A stretch of DNA of 62,490 bases, filler included. It is 4 parts of 4 records of this genome, joined end to end, with 100 filler letters (N's around TTAATTAATTAA, not from the genome) between each part and the next. Parts side by side here need not be neighbours in the genome. Positions count along the whole stretch, not along the records: positions 1 to 27,463 come from SRR20825019_44; 3 more parts are not named here. One strand, given 5' to 3'. Every line of letters begins with the position of its first letter. The first letter of the stretch is position 1. A program made the position numbers and the translations under genes. This document shows, piece by piece, positions 1-9,138 of this stretch. The notes beneath the pieces are model-generated. The model saw only the letters and a list, made by a program, of their open reading frames with translations. It did not search any database and was not told where the DNA came from.

Positions 1-74
1 CAAACGTGAAGGGCCTTTTTTGTTTTTATATAAGGTATTTTTACCACTGCAAAATGTAGATATAACTTATACCA

Positions 75-719
75 TTGGACTCCCAAACCAACCCTGTTTT
101 ACTTGAAGAAAAATTGCATGCATATTCCCATGCACTGGGCATCGTACTGGCGGCTATAGGAGGAATCCTTTTATTCGAAAGTGACTTGGGAGCAATGCCT
201 TTCATGAAAGGTGGTATCACTGTTTATGTAGCTTCTTTACTCTTATTGTTTACGGCCTCAACAATCTATCATGCCGTGGAAAATCCAAAATTGAAGAAAA
301 AACTCAGGATTCTGGATCATATCAGTATATACTATTTGATTGCAGGAACCTATACTCCCGTATGCCTGTCCGTTTTATTACCATCCGAAGGATGGCTATT
401 GTTCTATTTGGTATGGGGTATTGCGCTGTTCGGAACGGTACTTAAAATATTTTTTACGGGCAGATTTGAGGTTTTTTCGCTGGTCCTTTATGGAGTGATG
501 GGCTGGCTGATTGTAATAGATCTGCCATATTTATTGGAGTATATGTCCTCATCTGGATTGCTATACCTTGCTGTTGGCGGAGCTTTTTATACAATCGGAA
601 TACTGTTCTACGCCGTAAAAAGGATACCGTACAATCATTTGATATGGCATTTTTTTGTCCTAGGAGGAGCGATATCTCATTGGTTATTGGTAAATAATCT
701 AATAAATAATGTTGGGTAA
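75..719 (+). CDS. Hemolysin III / PAQR family membrane protein (TrhA/YqfA-like)
   Basis: About 7 hydrophobic segments; family motifs EE..HAYSH, STIYH, LDHISIYYLIAGTYTP, HLIWHFFV; TTG start. Confidence 0.9.
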   Translation: MDSQTNPVLLEEKLHAYSHALGIVLAAIGGILLFESDLGAMPFMKGGITVYVASLLLLFTASTIYHAVENPKLKKKLRILDHISIYYLIAGTYTPVCLSVLLPSEGWLLFYLVWGIALFGTVLKIFFTGRFEVFSLVLYGVMGWLIVIDLPYLLEYMSSSGLLYLAVGGAFYTIGILFYAVKRIPYNHLIWHFFVLGGAISHWLLVNNLINNVG

Positions 720-755
720 CGGCTAATCAAAAGGAAGGTTTACAAAATCGACTAA

Positions 756-1442
756 TTACACCAAGTAAGCGATTCCGATTCCTAAGATAATTACCAATAT
801 TTTTCGAAGGTTAAATGCATGTCCTTGGTCACTTTCAAACAAAATTATGGTTGATATATGGAAGAAAACCCCAATGGCCAAAGCAGTGAATAAGTGTCCG
901 TAATCCGAAACCCACGGAGATGTGGAAATAAAGCTGCCCAAAGGTGTCATCAAGGAAAAAACGGCAATAAATAATAAGGTAGCGGATATCTTCATCTTGG
1001 AGTTGATCAAAAAGATACTCAAGATAATAGCAATAGGTAACTTATGTATGATTATTCCATAGAGTATTGAATCATTATTATGTATTGGTACGCCTTCTAT
1101 CAAAGCATGTATACATAGACTTACGAACAATAGGATGGGGAACTTGTTCTCTTTTAGGTGAACATGCATGTGACCGTGTTCGGCTCCTTTCGAAAAAAAT
1201 TCCAGAAAAACCTGCATAAGGATACCCCCTAGGATATACAAGGCTATTGTTTTAGGTTCATGGCCATCATAAACCTCAGGTAATAGCTCAAAAAAGGTTA
1301 GCGACAAGAGGAAAGCCCCACTAAAGGCAAGTAGTAATTTGATATTGTCGTTATTGGAGGGCCTTGTAAACCATACAAAGGCAAAGCCGGACCAAACGGC
1401 CAAAATCGGAATAATGTAGATAATACTTGAAGGAAAATTCAT
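756..1442 (-). CDS. ZIP family metal transporter
   Basis: Multi-TM protein with His-rich loop AEHGHMHVH and motifs HALIEG and HKLP. Confidence 0.85.
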   Translation of the reverse strand: MNFPSSIIYIIPILAVWSGFAFVWFTRPSNNDNIKLLLAFSGAFLLSLTFFELLPEVYDGHEPKTIALYILGGILMQVFLEFFSKGAEHGHMHVHLKENKFPILLFVSLCIHALIEGVPIHNNDSILYGIIIHKLPIAIILSIFLINSKMKISATLLFIAVFSLMTPLGSFISTSPWVSDYGHLFTALAIGVFFHISTIILFESDQGHAFNLRKILVIILGIGIAYLV

Positions 1443-1470
1443 GCTCTAAATCAAGGGAGTAAAAATAGTC

Positions 1471-1478
1471 TATTTTTG
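1471..1478 (+). promoter_or_regulatory. Bacteroidota sigma70 -7 element (TATTTTTG) for the THUMP methyltransferase gene
   Basis: Matches TAnnTTTG, 20 nt upstream of ATG 1499. Confidence 0.55.
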
Positions 1479-1498
1479 CGGAAAGAAATTACAGGAAC

Positions 1499-2662
1499 AT
1501 GGCAGGAAATTTTAAAATGATGGCCAAGACCCTTTACGGATTCGAGCCAATTTTGGCCAAAGAACTCCGTAATCTCGGGGCCAGCAATGTTGAAGAAGGT
1601 GTTAGAAACGTATCTTTTGAGGGGGATACCGGTTTTATGTACAAGGCGAACTTGTGCCTTAGGACGGCCTTAAGAGTCTTTAGACCCATCAAAACATTTC
1701 GGGTATTCAACGAAAAGGATCTATACAGACATATTTATGAATTGGATTGGGCCGGTATCTTCGATGTGGAGAAAACCTTTGCTATTGATAGTGTAACTAG
1801 TACCAAGGTTTTTGATAATTCAATGTTTGTGTCCTTAAAGGCCAAAGATGCCATTGTGGATAAGTTTAGGGAGATAGTTCGCGAGCGTCCGAATGTAAAG
1901 ACCCAAGATCCGGATATTAGAATCAATATCCATATTTATAACAACACCTGTACGGTTTCTTTGGACAGTTCGGGGAATTCCCTCCATCAACGGGGATATC
2001 GTATTCTAACGAATATTGCTCCTATCAATGAGGTTTTGGCCGCAGGCCTGTTGCTTAAAACCGGATGGGACGGACAATCCAACTTTTTTGATCCCATGTG
2101 CGGGAGTGGAACTTTTCTGATAGAAGCAGCTATGATTGCCTGCAATATACCGGCGAACATTAATAGGGAGTCCTATGCATTTATGCATTGGAAGGATTAT
2201 GATGCCGACCTGTACCAGAAAATTGTGGACGCGAGCTTAAAAAAAGTCCGTGAGTTTAATTACAAAATCATTGGGTACGATAAAGCTCCCTCAGCTGTAA
2301 GGAAAGCCCAAGAGAACGTGGACCATGCCAACCTGTCGGATTATATAACCGTGGAACGCAAAGACTTTTTTAAGGTTGATAAGCCACTTGAAGGAAAACT
2401 GCACATGCTGTTCAACCCTCCTTACGGTGAACGATTGCCCATTGATATGGAAATCTTTTATGGGAAAATAGGGGACACGTTTAAACAGATTTACCCTGGA
2501 ACCGATGCTTGGCTTATTACATCAAATTTGGAAGCCTTAAAACATATTGGTCTAAAAACATCGAAAAAAATTAAAACTTTTAACGGTAAATTGGAGTCGA
2601 GACTGGTAAAGTATGAAATTTACGAGGGAAGTAAAAAGGCCAAATTCAGTGAAGAGAATTAG
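1499..2662 (+). CDS. THUMP-domain class I SAM-dependent RNA methyltransferase (RlmL-like)
   Basis: Motifs SLHQRGYR, APINEVLAA, DPMCGSGT, NPPYGER. Confidence 0.9.
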   Translation: MAGNFKMMAKTLYGFEPILAKELRNLGASNVEEGVRNVSFEGDTGFMYKANLCLRTALRVFRPIKTFRVFNEKDLYRHIYELDWAGIFDVEKTFAIDSVTSTKVFDNSMFVSLKAKDAIVDKFREIVRERPNVKTQDPDIRINIHIYNNTCTVSLDSSGNSLHQRGYRILTNIAPINEVLAAGLLLKTGWDGQSNFFDPMCGSGTFLIEAAMIACNIPANINRESYAFMHWKDYDADLYQKIVDASLKKVREFNYKIIGYDKAPSAVRKAQENVDHANLSDYITVERKDFFKVDKPLEGKLHMLFNPPYGERLPIDMEIFYGKIGDTFKQIYPGTDAWLITSNLEALKHIGLKTSKKIKTFNGKLESRLVKYEIYEGSKKAKFSEEN

Positions 2663-2702
2663 TTGCGAATCAAATAAAAATTGCGATTTCTCTAAAAATA
2701 GA

Positions 2703-2735
2703 TTTGGTGGAAAACAAAAGAATTAGTTAGATTTG
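2703..2735 (+). promoter_or_regulatory. Canonical Bacteroidota sigma70 promoter (-33 TTTG, -7 TAGATTTG) with no downstream CDS
   Basis: TTTG 2703-2706, 21-nt spacer, TAGATTTG 2728-2735; lies between convergent genes. Confidence 0.5.
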
Positions 2736-2740
2736 GAGAT

Positions 2741-2806
2741 GTGTTTAGAACACAACTAACTAACTCAACCAAATTTTGTGGAAGGAGTCCTCAGAGGCTC
2801 CTTTTA
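2741..2806 (+). ncRNA. Candidate small RNA of about 65 nt
   Basis: Upstream promoter; 5' mini-hairpin tgtgtt-tag-aacaca; AC-rich tract aactaactaactcaaccaaa; terminator hairpin with T tail. Confidence 0.35.
2782..2805 (+). terminator. Intrinsic terminator hairpin
   Basis: aaggag(t)cc-tcaga-ggctcctt followed by T residues. Confidence 0.55.
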
Positions 2807-3145
2807 CTTTTCTGACCAAATGGCAAGTTCGTTACCGGAAGAATCGGTGAAATGGAATCTCTTGCCGCCTGGAAACTCAAAAATCTCCTTACTGATTATT
2901 CCTCCTGCACTAATTACACGCCTCTGTATTTCCTCAAGATTTTCGTGATACAGTACAACAAGTACTCCGTTCACAATAGGTTTTGTAGTCAATTCAAAAC
3001 CACCCGCAACCCCACTTCCGGAAAACGCAGTATAGTTGGGTCCGTAATCGGTAAAGGTCCAACCAAAGGTATTGGAGTAAAATATTTTGGTCTGTTCAAT
3101 ATCGGTGGACTTGAACTCGATATAATCGATTGGCGTAGTCTTCAT
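2804..3145 (-). CDS. VOC / glyoxalase family protein
   Basis: Motifs IDYIEF, FYSNTFGW, FPGGKRFHFTDSSGNEL. Confidence 0.9.
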   Translation of the reverse strand: MKTTPIDYIEFKSTDIEQTKIFYSNTFGWTFTDYGPNYTAFSGSGVAGGFELTTKPIVNGVLVVLYHENLEEIQRRVISAGGIISKEIFEFPGGKRFHFTDSSGNELAIWSEK

Positions 3146-3146
3146 G

Positions 3147-3902
3147 TTATTGGCCGTTTTCTTCCGATTTCTTTTTGTCCTTTTTGTAAAGGGGAATAAA
3201 GTAGCTGATAGAGTAGTTGTAGTTTACCCCAAAATTACTTCCGTCCGTTACCTTGTTGAATCCTGGAATCCATAGGTTTGGAAATTGCTCGTCTTCAGAA
3301 TTGGTCACAAGAAATCCCAGTCGTGCACTCATCCCCACAAAAATGTTGGCAAAAAGTTCCACTTTGGTGCCCACAACAAATTCGAGCCAAGAGGCCGACA
3401 GTCCGCTAAATTCTCTATTGGGATTTTCACCAGGTAAAAACTCGGGATTAAAGAACTGGTTGGTCTCATAAAGACTATAATTGTTAAGCGTTTGGCTAAA
3501 GCTTGCCACGGCATAGCGACCACCAATGGTGATGGCATTGTTCATACCGTACCAGTTGGTGTAGGTATTCATGTCCACACCTGCTTTTATATAACTTCCA
3601 GAAGTTTCATAGTCGTAAAGAATAGTGTTGTTCAGGTTTTCATCCTGTTTTTTGGTCTCGTTGCCAATTTCAGCTGCCAGATATAGTTTTCGGGTCAGCC
3701 TGTAATCACCTACTAATTCTAGTCCTGTATAATCTTCATCAACAAAAGAAAGTACCAATTTGCTAATGTCCGCACCGACCCGTAGTCCATATGGGTCTTT
3801 GTAAACGACGGTATCTTTTGGTGAAAGATCTACGGGTTCACTTTGTGCCAAAACCAAAATAGGGAGGAGGCCAATTATGATGCTAATGAAATATTTTGAC
3901 AT
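3147..3902 (-). CDS. Outer-membrane beta-barrel protein, DUF6048-like
   Basis: Signal peptide; YGLRVGAD and LWIPGFNK motifs; amphipathic strands; next to a DUF6452-like gene. Confidence 0.7.
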   Translation of the reverse strand: MSKYFISIIIGLLPILVLAQSEPVDLSPKDTVVYKDPYGLRVGADISKLVLSFVDEDYTGLELVGDYRLTRKLYLAAEIGNETKKQDENLNNTILYDYETSGSYIKAGVDMNTYTNWYGMNNAITIGGRYAVASFSQTLNNYSLYETNQFFNPEFLPGENPNREFSGLSASWLEFVVGTKVELFANIFVGMSARLGFLVTNSEDEQFPNLWIPGFNKVTDGSNFGVNYNYSISYFIPLYKKDKKKSEENGQ

Positions 3903-4401
3903 GGATAGTATTAGTATTTTCTACATTGGGTTCGACAACCTTGATATCTTGAATCCAGTTTTCTGCACCTTCGGCAAGGGTAACGGAAATATTGTTGTAA
4001 TTGGTCACAAATCCGCAGGCTCTGGATACAAATGCCTCCCCTAACTCATAGGAAATTGTCAAAGTATCAATATTTCCCGTTTCCAGCTCTGTTTCCTCAT
4101 CATCAGCAGATTCTGAAATAATTTGATACATGGTAGTGGTGGCGGTACTTCGCAATGGGACCTGCAGCGAATCCGGTGATTCGGAACGGTCACTAAATGA
4201 ACTATTGGTCAAAATACTGTCAATATCAATATTGCGAATCCTAATGGAGGCCACATTTTTCACTAAAGTGGTATCGGCAATATCAAAAAAACCGATGACC
4301 AAAAGCGGTGTATCGCCGTCAACACATATATCGTCTTTTTCACAGGAAGACACATAAAAAAGTATTGTGGTTATAAGTAGGATGGGGATTATTTTCTTCA
4401 T
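3883..4401 (-). CDS. Lipoprotein, DUF6452-like
   Basis: Lipobox VSSC followed by EKDDIC; FVSRACGF motif. Confidence 0.7.
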   Translation of the reverse strand: MKKIIPILLITTILFYVSSCEKDDICVDGDTPLLVIGFFDIADTTLVKNVASIRIRNIDIDSILTNSSFSDRSESPDSLQVPLRSTATTTMYQIISESADDEETELETGNIDTLTISYELGEAFVSRACGFVTNYNNISVTLAEGAENWIQDIKVVEPNVENTNTIHVKIFH

Positions 4402-4431
4402 TAGGATAAATATGGGTTTTTATGTCAAAAA

Positions 4432-5844
4432 TTATACCCGTTTTTCCAAAAGTACAACATTTTCAACATGGTGCGTCTGTGGGAACATATCCACGGGTTG
4501 AACCTTGGTGACCTTGTATTGTTCTTTCATAAGAGCCAAATCCCTGGCCTGGGTTGCGCTGTTGCAGCTTACGTAAACAATTTTTGGAGGTGCCACTTGG
4601 AGCAGTTGTTCAACTACTTGTTTGTGCATCCCATCCCTTGGAGGGTCGGTAATGATAACATCGGGTTGGCCATGTGCAGCGATAAAATCATCGTTGAATA
4701 CATTTTTCATATCACCAACATAGAAATCCACATTGGAGATGTTGTTGTGCAGAGCATTGGCCTTGGCATCTTCAATGGCTTCGGGCACGGATTCAACTCC
4801 GACCACTTTTTTAGCTTTTTTCGAGACAAACTGCGCTATGGTTCCCGTTCCTGTGTACAAATCATATACGAGCTCGTCTCCAGTGAGTCCGGCAAAATCC
4901 CTAGTGACTTTGTAAAGTTCGTATGCCTGTGCAGAATTGGTCTGGTAAAAGGACTTGGCGTTGATCTTGAACTGGAGACCTTCCATTTCCTCAAAAATAT
5001 GATCGCGACCCGAAAAACAGATGATTTCTTGATCGTAGATGGTATCATTACCCTTGGAATTGATTACGTATAGCAGTGCGGTTATTTCTGGAAATGTCTC
5101 CTTTAAATGATTCAAGAGTAATTCCCTGTTTTTGGTATCCTCTTCAAAGAATTGGATGAGCACCATAATTTCCCCGGTTGATGATGTACGTATCATCAAA
5201 GTCCGTAGAAGTCCTTCCTGTTTTCTTGGATTAAAAAATGTAAGTCCGTTTTTGTTCGCAAAACTTTTTGTTTCCAATCGTATCGCGTTGGAAGGGTCTT
5301 GTTGTAGGTGACATTTTTTAATGTCCAAAATTTTGTCCCACATGCCTGGAATATGGAAGCCCAAAGCATTTCTGTCATCTATCTCCTCATCCGAATTGAT
5401 TTCTTTCTGCGTTAACCACCGGCTATCAGAAAACGAGAACTCCATTTTGTTCCTGTAAAAATACTGTTCCTTGGACCCGAGAATAGGAGTGGTGTCCGGC
5501 AACTCTAGGTTGCCAATACGCTTTAGGTTATTTTCCACCTCTTTTTGTTTAAAATAGAGTTGGTGCTCGTAGCCCATGTGTTGCCATTTGCAACCGCCAC
5601 AGGTACCAAAATGTTGGCAAACGGGTTCGGTTCTTCTATCTGAAAAGGTATGGAAATTGGTGGCAACCCCCTCAAAATAGGCTTTTCTTTTTTTTGTGGT
5701 CATCACATCCACCACATCACCGGGTACGGCATTGGTCAAAAAAATAACCCTTCCGTCCGGGGCCTTACCCACGGATTTTCCCTTTGCTCCGGCATCGATT
5801 ACCTCTACGTTTTCGAACGTTTTTCTCCTTCTGTTTTTACGCAT
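4432..5844 (-). CDS. rlmD: 23S rRNA (uracil-1939-C5)-methyltransferase
   Basis: TRAM domain; 4Fe-4S motif CQHFGTCGGC; DLYTGTG, DPPRDG, YVSCN, DMFPQTHHVE. Confidence 0.93.
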   Translation of the reverse strand: MRKNRRRKTFENVEVIDAGAKGKSVGKAPDGRVIFLTNAVPGDVVDVMTTKKRKAYFEGVATNFHTFSDRRTEPVCQHFGTCGGCKWQHMGYEHQLYFKQKEVENNLKRIGNLELPDTTPILGSKEQYFYRNKMEFSFSDSRWLTQKEINSDEEIDDRNALGFHIPGMWDKILDIKKCHLQQDPSNAIRLETKSFANKNGLTFFNPRKQEGLLRTLMIRTSSTGEIMVLIQFFEEDTKNRELLLNHLKETFPEITALLYVINSKGNDTIYDQEIICFSGRDHIFEEMEGLQFKINAKSFYQTNSAQAYELYKVTRDFAGLTGDELVYDLYTGTGTIAQFVSKKAKKVVGVESVPEAIEDAKANALHNNISNVDFYVGDMKNVFNDDFIAAHGQPDVIITDPPRDGMHKQVVEQLLQVAPPKIVYVSCNSATQARDLALMKEQYKVTKVQPVDMFPQTHHVENVVLLEKRV

Positions 5845-5848
5845 GCCG

Positions 5849-5856
5849 CAAAAGTA
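5849..5856 (-). promoter_or_regulatory. -7 element TACTTTTG, 4 nt before the rlmD ATG (probably a leaderless mRNA)
   Basis: Minus strand reads TACTTTTG-CGGC-ATG. Confidence 0.55.
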
Positions 5857-6079
5857 AGTTCTTTTTGGTATTTCACGGAACGTAGCTTCTTAAATTGCAT
5901 GTAAACTTTAGGTGAAAAGCAAGGGAATCTGGCAGGGAAAAATTACGTTTTCATCAATTAATTTGTAATTTGCGGGCACTCCAAGGGATGATTTCTCTCC
6001 CACGCTGCTTTTTCGAGACTTCGAAAGAATAAAGGTACAGTAGGAATGGTTATTTTATCAATTTTAATCATTTAATGAA

Positions 6080-7324
6080 ATGGCTGTTTTAGAGCATTTA
6101 ACATCGCAGCAAGCGATAGATTTGGAAAACAAGTACGGAGCGCACAATTACCATCCACTTCCTGTGGTGTTGAGCAAGGGCGAAGGTGTATATGTGTGGG
6201 ATGTGGAAGGAAAGAAATACTACGATTTTCTTTCTGCCTATTCGGCGGTAAACCAAGGGCATTGCCACCCAAAAATAGTTGGGGCCATGGTAGAGCAGGC
6301 AAAAACATTGACTTTGACTTCCCGTGCATTTTATAACGATATGTTGGGAAAGTATGAAAAATATGCTACGGAAACCTTTGGGTTTGATAAGCTGTTACCG
6401 ATGAACACTGGGGCCGAAGCTGTAGAAACTGCATTGAAGGTATGTAGAAGATGGGCTTACCAGAAGAAAGGTATTCCTGAGAATCAAGCTAAAGTGATTG
6501 TTTGTGAAAACAATTTCCATGGTAGAACAACAACCATTATTTCCTTCTCTAATGATGAAGTGGCAAGAGAGAACTATGGGCCATATACTGAAGGTTTTGT
6601 AAAAATCGAGTACGATAATTTGACCGCTTTGGAGAATGCACTTAAGAGCAATCCGTACGTAGCAGGTTTTTTGGTGGAACCTATTCAAGGAGAAGCTGGG
6701 GTCTATGTCCCATCTGAAGGATATTTGAAAGAGGCAAAGGCACTTTGTGAAAAGTATAATGTGTTATTTATCGCTGACGAAGTGCAAACTGGTATTGCCA
6801 GGACCGGTAAGATGCTTGCAGTTGACCATGAAAATGTAAAACCTGATATTTTGATTTTGGGCAAAGCCCTTTCTGGCGGGGTGTATCCGGTTTCAGGTGT
6901 TTTGGCCAATGACGATGTTATGGAGGTGATTACACCAGGAAGTCATGGGAGCACCTTTGGGGGGAATCCTGTAGCCGCTGCGGTAAGCACTGCTGCTTTG
7001 GAAGTAATCAAAGAGGAGAATTTGGCACAGAATGCAGAAGAGTTGGGCGAACTGTTCCGCGAGGAGCTGAACAAGTTTATCCCTTCCTGCGATTTAGTTG
7101 TAAAGGTGAGGGGGAAAGGATTATTGAATGCTATTGTAATCAACGATACGGAAGAAAGTTCCACTGCATGGGACATCTGTATCGCGCTAAAGGAGAATGG
7201 ACTTCTTGCCAAACCAACACACGGTAATATCATTCGTTTTGCACCACCGTTGGTCATGGACCGGGAGCAGTTAATGGATTGCGTGTCCATTATAATTAAA
7301 ACGCTGAATGAATTTACGAAGTAG
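6080..7324 (+). CDS. rocD: Ornithine--oxo-acid aminotransferase
   Basis: Motifs [47 protein letters not shown] (PLP Lys), HGSTFGGNP. Confidence 0.95.
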   Translation: MAVLEHLTSQQAIDLENKYGAHNYHPLPVVLSKGEGVYVWDVEGKKYYDFLSAYSAVNQGHCHPKIVGAMVEQAKTLTLTSRAFYNDMLGKYEKYATETFGFDKLLPMNTGAEAVETALKVCRRWAYQKKGIPENQAKVIVCENNFHGRTTTIISFSNDEVARENYGPYTEGFVKIEYDNLTALENALKSNPYVAGFLVEPIQGEAGVYVPSEGYLKEAKALCEKYNVLFIADEVQTGIARTGKMLAVDHENVKPDILILGKALSGGVYPVSGVLANDDVMEVITPGSHGSTFGGNPVAAAVSTAALEVIKEENLAQNAEELGELFREELNKFIPSCDLVVKVRGKGLLNAIVINDTEESSTAWDICIALKENGLLAKPTHGNIIRFAPPLVMDREQLMDCVSIIIKTLNEFTK

Positions 7325-7341
7325 TATTGATAAGAATAGAA

Positions 7342-7374
7342 AAGGGCGGTGAAATCACCGCCCTTGTTGTTTTT
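7342..7374. terminator. Intrinsic terminator between convergent rocD and porin genes
   Basis: Perfect 10-bp stem aagggcggtg-aaat-caccgccctt, flanked by A-rich and T-rich tracts. Confidence 0.85.
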
Positions 7375-7391
7375 GGATAGATTATAATTTG

Positions 7392-7907
7392 TTATAAAAA
7401 CTTATACCCTAATCCAACGGTAAGGTAGTTTCCTCTTACTTTGACATCTTCACTACCGGTGTAGGAGTTGTTGATTTGAAAGGTATATCTGGCCTCAACA
7501 AAAAAGTCGTCCGTTATATCATATCCAAGGCCTCCTGCGATATCAAATTCTACACTGCTATAATTTTCAATGGAATCTTCAAGGGAGAAAACCAATTGTG
7601 GACCAGCTTGAAGGTTAAACTTCTCTGAAATGGCAAATTTTCCAAGAATAGGAAGCATTAGTCCACTTGAACCATCTACGTTGGCATAGAGAAGTTCAGG
7701 TTGTACATTGAAGTTTTCAGAGACATTAAAGTCCGCTACTGCTCCCAAATAGAATCCAGATTCCGATGCAGATATACTAATGTCGCCTGCTTTAACACTT
7801 CCCCGTGCATTGAGATATCCTGCGGTCGCTCCAAATCTAACTTCTTGTGCTTGAGATGAGTAGGTGAATCCTAATACAGCAATAGCAACTAATAAAAGCT
7901 TTTTCAT
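7392..7907 (-). CDS. Small outer-membrane beta-barrel (PorT/OmpA-TM-like porin family)
   Basis: Signal peptide; QPELLY, LQAGPQL and VEARY motifs; C-terminal GLGYKF. Confidence 0.85.
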   Translation of the reverse strand: MKKLLLVAIAVLGFTYSSQAQEVRFGATAGYLNARGSVKAGDISISASESGFYLGAVADFNVSENFNVQPELLYANVDGSSGLMLPILGKFAISEKFNLQAGPQLVFSLEDSIENYSSVEFDIAGGLGYDITDDFFVEARYTFQINNSYTGSEDVKVRGNYLTVGLGYKFL

Positions 7908-7934
7908 ATTTAATTAAAGTTAATGTTACGGCGG

Positions 7935-7942
7935 CAAATATA
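7935..7942 (-). promoter_or_regulatory. -7 element TATATTTG for the porin gene
   Basis: caaatata on the + strand, 27 nt upstream of the start codon. Confidence 0.55.
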
Positions 7943-8042
7943 GAATTAAAAACGAATGGATTCTTTATTTACTGAATAAGACCTGTGTTTTTAATTCCAA
8001 TTTTTAACAAACCAAATCTCACAAAAAAATGCTTTTAAATTG

Positions 8043-9122
8043 CTAAACTTCTTCTTTGGATTCTATGGACATTTCGCAACCATATTCATCAGCAAAAAAA
8101 TTATCCAAATCATCTGCTTTTAAAGCTAGGTTCTTTAGGTTCTGTTTGATGGTGTCCGCATAATCTGAGAATATATCGGAAAGATGAACCCTGTACGAAA
8201 GATAAATTTGGTTTTGATGAATACCCAAATAATAGGGTTCCACATTTGCTTCCAACAAGTGGGTCAATAGTTCTTGAATATTCTGTTTGGGGAGATTGTT
8301 CATTGGGGAAGTTGCGACCAAGTAATCTCTTTTAAAAACGAAAATCCTGATCAGGGCACTTCCTTGATGGAATTCCCAATAATCCCTACCAGCACGTCCA
8401 AGAACCGGGTCGATACCCAAATCTGTCAAGGCACTTTCTACAAATTGGGCAAAGTGGCTTTTCTCGAACTCTTCCCAAATTGAAATATCCATGTTGTTCC
8501 CGCAATTGGTACAAAATTCTGATTCTTGATCTGTATAGTTATCGCAGGAATTACATTTTACGTTATAGGTGGTTTTGTTTTGAAGCAGTGCAAAGTCGCT
8601 CATCTCTTTTATCAAGTCTATGTGTTTTATTCCAAACCCCACGTTATCTGCATTATTGAATTTTGATGTGGTGACCCCGACAAGTACACCAGCTTCATTG
8701 AGCATAGGGCCACCGGAATTTCCGGGATTGACCGCGGCATCGGTCTGAATGTAATTTCTACTGCCCATAGGTTGACTCGTGGCGGATACGATTCCCTCCG
8801 TAATGGTATAGGGCATGCCAAACGGATAACCATTTATAAAAATTCTTTGCGTGTTTGCAATTACAATTTCTTCTTGCAGTGAAATATCTGTATTTACGTT
8901 CTTGAATCCATCAATGCTTAAAAAGGCAAGGTCCACTTCTGGGTTTACCATAACAACCTTTCCTACATGCCTATCTTTTTTATGGTCTTCAACGGCAACT
9001 ATTTTTTCTCCTTTAATCACATGATAATTGGTAATGATGTGGTCATGGCCGCTTACTGTAAAACCGCTTCCCGTTCCAGAAGCTGTTACTATTTTAAAAA
9101 CTGATTTTCTTATGTTTTCCAC
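8043..9122 (-). CDS. Cytoplasmic trypsin-like (S1C/HtrA-type) serine protease fused to a Zn ribbon and a C-terminal YbjN/T3SS-chaperone-like domain
   Basis: Triad motifs ITNYHV, VDLAFL, TDAAVNPGNSGGP; CNSC...FCTNCG; no signal peptide or PDZ domain. GTG start at 9122 preferred over 9209, which overlaps the upstream gene by 71 nt. Confidence 0.8.
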   Translation of the reverse strand: MENIRKSVFKIVTASGTGSGFTVSGHDHIITNYHVIKGEKIVAVEDHKKDRHVGKVVMVNPEVDLAFLSIDGFKNVNTDISLQEEIVIANTQRIFINGYPFGMPYTITEGIVSATSQPMGSRNYIQTDAAVNPGNSGGPMLNEAGVLVGVTTSKFNNADNVGFGIKHIDLIKEMSDFALLQNKTTYNVKCNSCDNYTDQESEFCTNCGNNMDISIWEEFEKSHFAQFVESALTDLGIDPVLGRAGRDYWEFHQGSALIRIFVFKRDYLVATSPMNNLPKQNIQELLTHLLEANVEPYYLGIHQNQIYLSYRVHLSDIFSDYADTIKQNLKNLALKADDLDNFFADEYGCEMSIESKEEV

Positions 9123-9138
9123 GTTATTTGGTTTTTGG

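Noticed and set aside
4468-5073. 201-aa antisense ORF within rlmD (and the similar 212-aa ORF at 14203-14841)
   Set aside because: Shadow ORFs opposite well-conserved genes, with no recognisable motifs.
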